Source: Acidobacteriota bacterium (GTDB lineage: Bacteria; Acidobacteriota; Thermoanaerobaculia; Multivoradales; UBA5704). From it: DNA of 64,000 nucleotides. A program made the position numbers and the translations under genes. This document shows positions 56,584 through 64,000 of this stretch, piece after piece. The notes beneath the pieces are model-generated. The model searched no databases. It was not told the DNA's origin and saw only the letters and a list, made by a program, of their open reading frames with translations. Numbering within the stretch: position 1 is the stretch's first letter; each line of letters starts with the position of its first letter. The stretch lies in contig JBDTZG010000002.1 in assembly GCA_040005235.1 (NCBI GenBank), forward strand, positions 160,001 through 224,000. The letters run 5' to 3'.

Positions 56584-58293
56584 CTACTCGGCGCCGGTCA
56601 CGGAAGCCGCGGACGGAGCGTACTCGATCGCCTGAAGCTCGGCCGCCATCGGGGCCTTCGCCTTGCGGTCGGACATTTGGGCCATCACGTGATCCGCGGA
56701 GAGCACCGCGCCTTCCTGCCAGCCGGGCAGGTAGGACATCTGGTCCCCCGCCACGTAGAAGCGCTGGTCGGGGAAGAGCAGGCGCGCGTAGGCTCTTTTG
56801 TGTGCCTCGTTGTTGCGATCCCAATCGGCCCAGCCCCCTTCGAGGAACGGCACCTGCTGCCAGGCGATCGATAGACCGCCGGACTTGGGCACGAACTCGC
56901 GGAATCGGGGGTGCAGTCGTTCGCCGCCGCGGAGCGCCTCTTCCAGTCGCTCGTCGAGCGACAGATTGCCGAAGATCTCCGCGGTTTTCTGGGTCGACGA
57001 GTCGTAGTTGTAGGTGCCGGTGAGTACCGCGCGTCCCTTCGAAAAGAAGCCGGAGGAGGGATACCAGACCTGCGTCACCGGATGATTGATCCAACTGATA
57101 CCGCCGAACAGGCGGTCGCCGTCGAGATCCTCCCAGAAGCGCCGCTCAGCCTGCCAGCCCACCTTGCAGGTTTTGGCGAGCGGCACGGCATTCACCGCAT
57201 CGATGAACGCCGGCTCGAACGTCGATTTGTCGAGCGCCTTGCTGAGCAGACGAAGCGGAATCGTGCTGATGCAGTAGTCGGCCTTGAAATTTTTACCGTT
57301 CGCCGTGCTGACTGCGACCCCCGTGGTGCCGTTCTGGATGTGCGTAACGATCGCGCCGCGCAGGATGGTCGAATCGCTTCCGACCGCCGTGGCCAACGCG
57401 TCGACGATTTTCCGCATGCCGCCGACCGGCTGGAACAACGTGGTCTGCCACTCGTAATCCTCGGGCTGGTAGAAGCGGTGATCCCAGAATCGCGAGCCGA
57501 ACAGCTGGGAGCGGTCGAGCTTCTGATCGAGGATTCCGGGGGACACGACCCCCGGTTCCTTGACGTAACCGATCCGCGGCGAGCCGTTGTACTGGCGCGT
57601 CGCCTTGTCGATCTTGCCGAAGGCGACCAGCAGGTCGCGCAGCTCCTGGCGCTCCTTTTCGTTCGGAATCTCATTGTTCAAGTTGCCTTGCGCGACCGCC
57701 TTATCGAGCAGTTGGGAGACGTAGCCGCGGGTGTCGTTGGCGATCCGCCGGTTCGCGATCGAGGCCTTGTCGAACGCGATGTCGGTCTGGAAACGGTTCG
57801 CCCGGGTCTCCATGATGTAGGTCTCTAGAGGCACGCCCAACTCGGCGCACAGTGCGAGTAAGGCGGTGTGGTGGTACGGGATGCGCCCGCAGCCGGCCTC
57901 GAAATAGAGCCCTTTATCGTAGCGGCAGGTTTGGTCCGCGCGGCCGATCTGGCGGATCACGTTGCGCTTCTCCACCGGGTCGCTGGTGACCGTGAAATTC
58001 CGGCCGCCGATTCGGTCCGACGCTTCGAGCACGAGCACCTGGCAACCCGCCTTCTTCAACCGGTACGCCGCTGTGAGCCCGGCGACCCCAGCCCCCAGAA
58101 TGAGCACCGATTTTCCCTTGCACTCCTCCTTGCCGAGCTCCAAAGGCGCCGCCGCGGCGGGGGTCGGCATCACGCCGAACGCGACCATCGTTTCGTACAC
58201 CGCCGAGGCGCCTCCCACGACGCCGACCATTTCGAGGAACCGCCTACGGGTCAAAGGTCCGGGGCCACTGCCGCTTTCGCCGTTCTCGCTCAC
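56584..58293 (-). CDS. Flavin monoamine/L-amino-acid oxidase with Tat-like signal
   Basis: TRRRFL; ILGAGVAGL, EASDRIGGR, FQPVGGM, AGDQMSYLPGWQEGA. Confidence 0.88.
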   Translation of the reverse strand: MSENGESGSGPGPLTRRRFLEMVGVVGGASAVYETMVAFGVMPTPAAAAPLELGKEECKGKSVLILGAGVAGLTAAYRLKKAGCQVLVLEASDRIGGRNFTVTSDPVEKRNVIRQIGRADQTCRYDKGLYFEAGCGRIPYHHTALLALCAELGVPLETYIMETRANRFQTDIAFDKASIANRRIANDTRGYVSQLLDKAVAQGNLNNEIPNEKERQELRDLLVAFGKIDKATRQYNGSPRIGYVKEPGVVSPGILDQKLDRSQLFGSRFWDHRFYQPEDYEWQTTLFQPVGGMRKIVDALATAVGSDSTILRGAIVTHIQNGTTGVAVSTANGKNFKADYCISTIPLRLLSKALDKSTFEPAFIDAVNAVPLAKTCKVGWQAERRFWEDLDGDRLFGGISWINHPVTQVWYPSSGFFSKGRAVLTGTYNYDSSTQKTAEIFGNLSLDERLEEALRGGERLHPRFREFVPKSGGLSIAWQQVPFLEGGWADWDRNNEAHKRAYARLLFPDQRFYVAGDQMSYLPGWQEGAVLSADHVMAQMSDRKAKAPMAAELQAIEYAPSAASVTGAE

Positions 58294-58461
58294 GCCGTTC
58301 TCCTTCCTGCGTCGTTGCCGATCGCTGCACCCCGACGCCGCGGTGGCGGCGCCGGAGGAGTTGACTCGAACTGGGAGAGGTCTACAGCGGTGAAGCTAAC
58401 ACGCGGCGAGGTAAAAGCCGAGAGACAACGGAGGTTGACAGAGCGGACCCTCGGCCCTGCT

Positions 58462-59094
58462 TCACGCCGAGGCCTGAAGCTCCTTGTTCTCGCGAATCGC
58501 GGCATAACCGCGGCTCATGGCAATGAGGAAGAAGGTTTTGATCAGGAGGGAACCCGCCCCTCCATGAGGGCCTTCCTGGAAGAACGAGTAGATCGCCGTC
58601 AACATGTCGAGCGCGATCAAACCGATCGCCAAGGAGAGCGCGATCGGAGATTGGCGTTTCTGCAGCCAGAAGCCGAGCGCGACGAAGACCAGTCCGACCA
58701 GGCATGCGCCCCAGCCGAGTCCAGCGCTCAGCAGCAATGGGATCGAAAAAATCTCCGCGGCGAGACCGACGAGAAAGCTCAGACCGCCGATGAAGTAGAT
58801 GAGCCCCACGACATTCCAAATACGGGTGAGCGGCTCGCCAGCCGACCCCGGCAGGTGCTTGCCGTCGAGATCCAGGTACAGGTCCCGTTTCCTGAATGAT
58901 CGCATCAGCTGCACGCGCAAATCCCGCCCGTCGGGAAGGGTCGTACTTCGCCCGGCCTCCAGCTCTGTCGAGGAGGCAACGTGCAGAACCTCCCGGCCAT
59001 CGAGCGTCAGGTGAAGGTCTTCGAACCTCCCTTTCCAGCTCACAGTCAGCCGCTTCGGTCCGTCGGGTTCCAGGGCGTAGCTCTTGGTTGGCAT
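58462..59094 (-). CDS. Hypothetical membrane protein
   Basis: 210 aa; beta-rich N-terminus and about four C-terminal TM helices; RBS AAGGA. Confidence 0.7.
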   Translation of the reverse strand: MPTKSYALEPDGPKRLTVSWKGRFEDLHLTLDGREVLHVASSTELEAGRSTTLPDGRDLRVQLMRSFRKRDLYLDLDGKHLPGSAGEPLTRIWNVVGLIYFIGGLSFLVGLAAEIFSIPLLLSAGLGWGACLVGLVFVALGFWLQKRQSPIALSLAIGLIALDMLTAIYSFFQEGPHGGAGSLLIKTFFLIAMSRGYAAIRENKELQASA

Positions 59095-59483
59095 GAGGGG
59101 TTCCTTTTCGCTCGCTCTTTAAAACGGCGATTCGCTCCGACGACGCCGGCTCGGACCGGCGGACGTTCGACGAGAGGGACTCGTGGATGTCCCAGGGAGG
59201 CTAGACGGTAACGAGAGGCGAATCAAGCCGCTCGGGGACGATCTGCAAGGCTGGGCCTTTTCATGCAGGCTGTCGTGGGGCGGCCCGTTGGGCCGGAATT
59301 TGGATTGCCAGTGCCTCCTCCTCGCGGTCGATGCCGACGCGCACCCCGGAGCCCGGCGGGAGGTGAGGGCTCCGCAGGCGTGGAATTTGACGAGGCCTTT
59401 GGCCGAATTAGCTCCGCCTGTGGGATCGGCGATCGAGGTTCTATAGGTGGTGGTACTCTTTCAGTGCTCCTCCTATGCGCGCC

Positions 59484-59795
59484 ATGAAACAACCCAACGA
59501 TCAGCTCTCGGCGAAACGAATGCTCGAGACCCGCGAGCGCGGGTTCTCGTTCTCCCACTTAATCCGCCGCAACGCTAAGCGCTACCTTCTTCGTTTCGCC
59601 GTCATGATCCTGGTTCTCGCCGTGTTCGCCAACTTGAAACTCTGGGTGGTGTTCTACGTCTTTCTCGGAGTTCTCATCGGCGCCCTGCTCCGGGACATCG
59701 GATGGTTTCGAGTCATCGGCAGGTCTTGGCCGTTCTCCGAGAAGGTGACGGATTGGGAGAAGGTTCAGAGGCTGGCGGATGGGAAGGACGTGTAG
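59484..59795 (+). CDS. Hypothetical small membrane protein
   Basis: Two TM helices, ends WPF...DWEKVQRLA. Confidence 0.55.
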   Translation: MKQPNDQLSAKRMLETRERGFSFSHLIRRNAKRYLLRFAVMILVLAVFANLKLWVVFYVFLGVLIGALLRDIGWFRVIGRSWPFSEKVTDWEKVQRLADGKDV

Positions 59796-59840
59796 TCTAA
59801 AGAGCAAGGTTCCCACGAACCATGCTCAGGGAGGCAGCCT

Positions 59841-60107
59841 ATGGGCACCGGTCTCTTCCTCCTCGCCGGGTTCCTGCTCCTGGCGGTGTCGCTCCTCCTC
59901 GCTCGACCGTTCTCCCAGAACTATCCCGCCTCGACCACCTGGGCGACGGCGGTTTTCATCATGCTGTGGCTCGCGCTCACGGTGTTCAACCTGTGGGTCG
60001 GCGTGACGAAGGCCGGTTATTCGACCCGCGAGGAGCTGCCGATCCTGCTCCTTCTGTTCGGCGTGCCGGCTGCGGTGGCCTTGGTGATTAGGTGGAAGTT
60101 GCTCTAA
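59841..60107 (+). CDS. Hypothetical small membrane protein
   Basis: RBS GGAGG; three TM helices; NLWVGVTKAGYS.REELPI. Confidence 0.65.
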   Translation: MGTGLFLLAGFLLLAVSLLLARPFSQNYPASTTWATAVFIMLWLALTVFNLWVGVTKAGYSTREELPILLLLFGVPAAVALVIRWKLL

Positions 60108-60458
60108 CTAACTAAGCTAGGACGGCGGTCGCACGGGACTCCAGCGATTGATCCGTGCCCACGCCGATCTCCGGAGAACGCTTCGGAACGAACCTTGCTG
60201 GTCTTCGACTTAGGTCTTCCAGGGCAGTTTGACCAGCTGACATCACCATGGTGATATTCATACTGGCAGACGCATTGGTCGAGAGGACTTCGGCTCCCCC
60301 GTCGCCTTTGACGCAAGGGGAGAGTTGCTTTAGCACCGCGAGAGGACTTAAACTCAAGAAGATAGAGTCCGAAGTATGATCGAATCGAATCGCTATTTGC
60401 GTCTAGCACCGTTCTGGTTAGCAGCTAGGTTTGCCGGCAAGCAATGAGGTGAAGAAGG

Positions 60459-61571
60459 ATGGCGCGAAAAAAAGTAGAAGAGCCAGAAGGGAGATTGGCT
60501 AGCACACCACCCAGCCTTGAAGCGTCTGCGACGGGAGCGCGGGCTGTTCCCTTAGTCTTCATCAGTCATGATTCGCGAGACGCAGATCTAGCGGAAGCCT
60601 TTGACCACCTTCTGACCGATGCCAGTGGAGGTGTTATCCAGACTTTTCGGTCCTCTGACCAGTCAGGCCGCGCAGGTATTGACTACGGCGAGAACTGGTT
60701 TTCCAAGATCACCAAGACGCTCAGCGATGCTACTGACGTAGTGGCCCTATTGACACCGAATAGTATTGGCCGGCCCTGGATTCTCTTTGAAGCAGGCTTC
60801 GCTATTGGGCGACTAGATGCAAAGGTCTTTGGCATCGCATTGGGTTTGCCTCTCTCGAAAGCGGTAGCTGGCCCTTTCGCTCAGTTTCAAAACTGCGAGG
60901 CAAATGAGGATTCGCTTACCACGGTTGTCCTACAGCTAATTCAGCGCAACCCAAACGCACGTCCTCGAGAACAAGCTGTCAGAAAGCAGGTGGGAACTTT
61001 TCTTGAGGAGATCTCCCCTCTACTGACGCAACGCTCTGGCCCCCAAGAGGAAACAAAGGAAGATATGGACGCCACGGCCGTTGCAAAGCTGTTCGAGGAG
61101 GTCAAGATAATGTTTCGAGATCTCCCGTCTCGGGTGCAGTCCGAACTCCGCGAGAGTATGCCTGGACGTAGGCGCGGGCGGTTTCATCCCATGATGCTTG
61201 AGGAGATTTTCTTTGTGAGTCGGGCGGAGGAAAACCAGTCACTTCCTTGGCTGCTGCTTGGGTCACTTCTTCGCGACGACATGCCTTTCATCGCTGACGC
61301 TGCGATGGAGGTTTACAGAGCTATGCAGGCCGGTGATCCCGAGGGGACCCAAAAGGCGTACCATAATTTGCAGGCGACAGCCCGCCTAATGAACGGGTCG
61401 AAATTCTTCCGTCGTTTTAATACCAAAGACGACGAAACGTTCATCTGGATGCGCCATCTCCCCGAACTACTCGATCAGTTCACGCCCATTATGCCCCCAG
61501 AGCAAAGGAAATCACGTCGAGGGAAATCTCCTGAATTGCCTTCTTCATCGGGAGGAGAGCCCGACCAATAA
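60459..61571 (+). CDS. TIR-domain protein
   Basis: VFISHDSRD, FRSSD, LLTPNSIGRPWILFEAG (catalytic Glu position retained); lower GC. Confidence 0.85.
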   Translation: MARKKVEEPEGRLASTPPSLEASATGARAVPLVFISHDSRDADLAEAFDHLLTDASGGVIQTFRSSDQSGRAGIDYGENWFSKITKTLSDATDVVALLTPNSIGRPWILFEAGFAIGRLDAKVFGIALGLPLSKAVAGPFAQFQNCEANEDSLTTVVLQLIQRNPNARPREQAVRKQVGTFLEEISPLLTQRSGPQEETKEDMDATAVAKLFEEVKIMFRDLPSRVQSELRESMPGRRRGRFHPMMLEEIFFVSRAEENQSLPWLLLGSLLRDDMPFIADAAMEVYRAMQAGDPEGTQKAYHNLQATARLMNGSKFFRRFNTKDDETFIWMRHLPELLDQFTPIMPPEQRKSRRGKSPELPSSSGGEPDQ

Positions 61572-61590
61572 ACTAGGTCAGGAGTATTGC

Positions 61591-61651
61591 CGCCCAACTA
61601 GCCGATTAAGCGGACAGCTGGCGCTTACGTTATCGGAAATCTCGTTGGGCG
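61591..61651 (+). other. attC-like integron recombination site
   Basis: GCCCAAC ... GTTGGGC outer boxes with inner arms ccgattaagcg / cgcttacgttatcgg; between co-oriented, closely spaced ORFs. Confidence 0.5.
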
Positions 61652-61668
61652 AATCTCGTAAAACGCAC

Positions 61669-62508
61669 ATGGAAAAACTCTACTACTCAGAAAGACAGGG
61701 CCGGCGCCCTGAAACTCCAAAGCTCTCCTTCGACGAACTGAAGCGGGCTGCTAAGGTTTACCTTGTGGGAATTCAAGTGGAAGGTTACTTCCAAGAAGGC
61801 CTTGGACACTTCTGTGTTGACAGCGGCTTCTCGCCGGGCCTGATCGGCGGCGATCCGGAGATCGAGATCAGGCTAACTCTCGGTAAATCACACCTCTGGC
61901 CCATCGCCGAAACACTCGATGATTGGAGCGAGGATGACTTCTTCGATATGGTCGAGTTCCTTTGCGCGCATGTCTCGAAGCCCATAGACCGCTACTACCA
62001 CCAATGGGACGGTTGCGGGTGGCACTGCACTGCTTTTGATGCCGAGGAAGGCCGCACGGAGTTTCGAGCTAAACTTAACCGCTTCCTGGGCTTCTACGAC
62101 TCAGGTTTCGAACTCAATAGGGCGGGCGAGATCCTCGCGATTCCACCCACTGGACTTGAGCGACTTGTGGCAGAGCCACTAGTCCATCACGACCCTGACA
62201 ACGTTACTGGCAGAATTAAAACAGCCCTGCACAAGTTTCGTCACCACCGTGCAGCGATCGACGAGCGGCGTGGCGCGGTTAGGGACCTAGCTGACGTTCT
62301 CGAGTTTCTGCGACCGGAACTCAAGCGAGTTCTGGCCTCTCAGGACGAGAAAGATCTTTTCAATATCGCAAATAGTTTTGGTATTCGCCATCACAGGTCG
62401 GACCAGCGGACCGACTACGACCAAGAGGTCTGGCTTGATTGGATCTTCTATTACTACCTGGCAACCATCCACACCGCGATCCGCCTCATAGAGAAGCATC
62501 CAACTTGA
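61669..62508 (+). CDS. AbiJ-like protein with HEPN-like C-terminus (candidate abortive infection)
   Basis: YYSERQG N-terminus, FFDMVEFL, C-terminal LADVLE...IANSFGIRHH. Confidence 0.55.
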   Translation: MEKLYYSERQGRRPETPKLSFDELKRAAKVYLVGIQVEGYFQEGLGHFCVDSGFSPGLIGGDPEIEIRLTLGKSHLWPIAETLDDWSEDDFFDMVEFLCAHVSKPIDRYYHQWDGCGWHCTAFDAEEGRTEFRAKLNRFLGFYDSGFELNRAGEILAIPPTGLERLVAEPLVHHDPDNVTGRIKTALHKFRHHRAAIDERRGAVRDLADVLEFLRPELKRVLASQDEKDLFNIANSFGIRHHRSDQRTDYDQEVWLDWIFYYYLATIHTAIRLIEKHPT

Positions 62509-62521
62509 ATCTTGAACGAAA

Positions 62522-62605
62522 TGTCGGCTAGTACACGGCTTTCACCGGCCAGTCAACGAGCTACGCCCGTCGTCAGCCGGTGAAGCCCGACACTTTGTGT
62601 CGACA
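62522..62605 (+). other. Degenerate attC-like hairpin
   Basis: tgtcgg...cgaca outer arms; inner ggctttcaccggc / gccggtgaagcc with one extra base; R boxes imperfect. Confidence 0.35.
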
Positions 62606-62617
62606 CAAGCGCTAATC

Positions 62618-63646
62618 ATGTCAACTTCACGGGTCCTTTCCTTCTCAGAAGCCCTTTCGCAGGTCCCAAGCTCGAAAGGACCGCACCTTCTGCTTGGAAA
62701 TGGCTTCAGTCGGGCGTGTCGCAACGACATCTTCGCCTATGACTCGCTCTTCCATCGCGCAGACTTCGCGACGCTCTCGCCTGCGGCAAGAGGAGCGTTC
62801 GATGCGCTAAAGACGACAGACTTCGAAGTCGTCATGAAGGCCCTGAGGAATGCCGCTGCTCTAGTTTCACGATACCGCCCGACGGATACCGACCTTGCGC
62901 AGCGACTCGCGAATGATGCAGACGGTCTCCGTGAGGTTCTCGTACACGCAATTGCTGACAGTCATCCAGAGTGGCCAGGCGACATCGCGCCGGAGGACTT
63001 CGCGGCCTGTCGCGCATTTCTGGGGCACTTTGACCGAATCTTCACGCTTAACTACGACCTCTTGCTATACTGGGCTCTCATGCAGGCAGAGATTCCTCCT
63101 CCGCTTCGCTGCGATGACGGCTTTAGGACCCCAGACGCTGGGCCAGCGGGATATGTGACATGGGAGCCGGAGAACACTTACCAGCAGAACGTCTACTACC
63201 TTCATGGCGCCCTCCACCTTTATGACGCTGGGGCGGAGTTGCAGAAATACACGTGGACAAACACCGGGGTTCGCCTTGTTGAGCAGGTTCGAGCAGCCCT
63301 AGAGGCTGATCGCTATCCTGTCTTCGTCGCTGAAGGAACCAGCTCGCAGAAGCTTGAGCGCATAAAGCATAGTGACTACTTGTCGAAGGCCTATCGAAGT
63401 TTCTCTCAGCTGGGAGGCGACCTCTTTGTTTATGGCCACTCGCTGGCTCCCAGCGACGAGCACATTCTTCGCCTGATCGAGAAGGGCAAGGTTCGAAGGA
63501 TCTTTGTCAGTCTCTTCGGCGTCCCGGAAGCGGAGCACAACACCCGCCTCATCGTGAGGGCGGCCCAGCTAGGAAGAAGGCGAAGCGCAAGGCACCCCCT
63601 TGAGTTGGCCTTCTTCGATGCGGCAACCTGTTCAGTATGGGGTTGA
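62618..63646 (+). CDS. DUF4917 / SIR2-like protein
   Basis: LLLGNGFS, FTLNYDLLLYW, DDGF, YLHGALH, FVYGHSL...DEHI. Confidence 0.75.
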   Translation: MSTSRVLSFSEALSQVPSSKGPHLLLGNGFSRACRNDIFAYDSLFHRADFATLSPAARGAFDALKTTDFEVVMKALRNAAALVSRYRPTDTDLAQRLANDADGLREVLVHAIADSHPEWPGDIAPEDFAACRAFLGHFDRIFTLNYDLLLYWALMQAEIPPPLRCDDGFRTPDAGPAGYVTWEPENTYQQNVYYLHGALHLYDAGAELQKYTWTNTGVRLVEQVRAALEADRYPVFVAEGTSSQKLERIKHSDYLSKAYRSFSQLGGDLFVYGHSLAPSDEHILRLIEKGKVRRIFVSLFGVPEAEHNTRLIVRAAQLGRRRSARHPLELAFFDAATCSVWG

Positions 63647-63839
63647 GCCGGGCGTTGGCTGACACTTGGCGCGGCGCCGGTGATTACGAATCCGCCGTGG
63701 GTGGGGATCTCGACCTCGATGTGGCTCGGCCGGACTATCGCTTCAGTCTGGTAGATCATGAACCTAGCCGGCACCCGGCGGAACTGGCGCTCGATTTCCA
63801 AAGTCATTACGGTGGTGGCTTCCGTCGCGACATCCCTGC

Positions 63840-64000
63840 TCACTTCCTCAAGATCTTGTCCATCGCCTTTCCTTTTGCCAGTTCGTCGACCAGCTTGTCT
63901 AGGTAACGGATCTTTTGCATGAGCTTGTCCTCGATCTCCTCCACCCGATAGCCGCAGATCACGCCGGTGATCTTCGAGACGTTCGGATGGATCCGGGCTT
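63840..64000 (-). CDS. DUF2200-family protein, 3' part (runs off window)
   Basis: Manual translation: [43 protein letters not shown]. Confidence 0.8.
   Translation of the reverse strand, partial: ARIHPNVSKITGVICGYRVEEIEDKLMQKIRYLDKLVDELAKGKAMDKILRK

Noticed and set aside
60104-60409. Short minus-strand ORFs between the membrane gene and TIR
   Set aside because: No RBS or recognisable motif; probably decayed sequence
60459-63646. Canonical Thoeris system
   Set aside because: The SIR2-like protein lacks an evident SLOG domain, an unrelated gene intervenes, and attC-like sites suggest independent cassettes
63430-63843. 137-aa ORF coupled to the DUF2200 stop
   Set aside because: It overlaps the DUF4917 gene by over 200 nt on the opposite strand and has no recognisable motif; at most a truncated remnant

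Overview
A GC-rich bacterial chromosomal window. It is most likely from Acidobacteriota (Thermoanaerobaculia-like), an inference from the rplM-rpsI-rpsB-tsf-pyrH-frr gene order, the short EF-Ts and a GTTC-N7-GTTC box at recA. The left half (1-36.2 kb) is mostly housekeeping: patA, a MalK-type ATPase, hemY, PBP1B, prmA, rsmE, ilvE, pilT, recX, nfeD-flotillin, recA, translation genes, rlmB, tRNA-Thr and tRNA-Tyr. Two candidate peptide-signalling modules interrupt it. (i) A ComQXP-like locus (7.4-13.3 kb) encodes a 61-aa Trp-containing peptide, a prenyltransferase-fold enzyme lacking the chain-elongation Arg motifs, a translationally coupled PDZ/multi-TM hybrid histidine kinase and an upstream REC-EAL protein. 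(ii) An RRNPP-like locus (22.3-27.4 kb) has two paralogous XRE-HTH/TPR regulators flanking a secreted 95-aa peptide with three IGCx(I/L)DPxGxC cores, followed by stand-alone TPR-like genes. After the tRNAs the window is largely accessory. It holds an integrase-less micro-island bounded by a ~150-bp tRNA duplication (DUF6932-like nucleotidyltransferase plus partner), a low-GC nuclease-like gene and a cluster of intact and scrambled toxin-antitoxin genes. Next come an M12 metalloprotease-CHAT fusion with an SGNH hydrolase, ALDH7, a Ser/Thr kinase-TPR, an SF2 helicase, a sulfatase and an amino-acid oxidase. It ends with a TIR / AbiJ-HEPN-like / SIR2-like trio separated by attC-like hairpins. All family calls come from motif recognition by eye; no searches were run.
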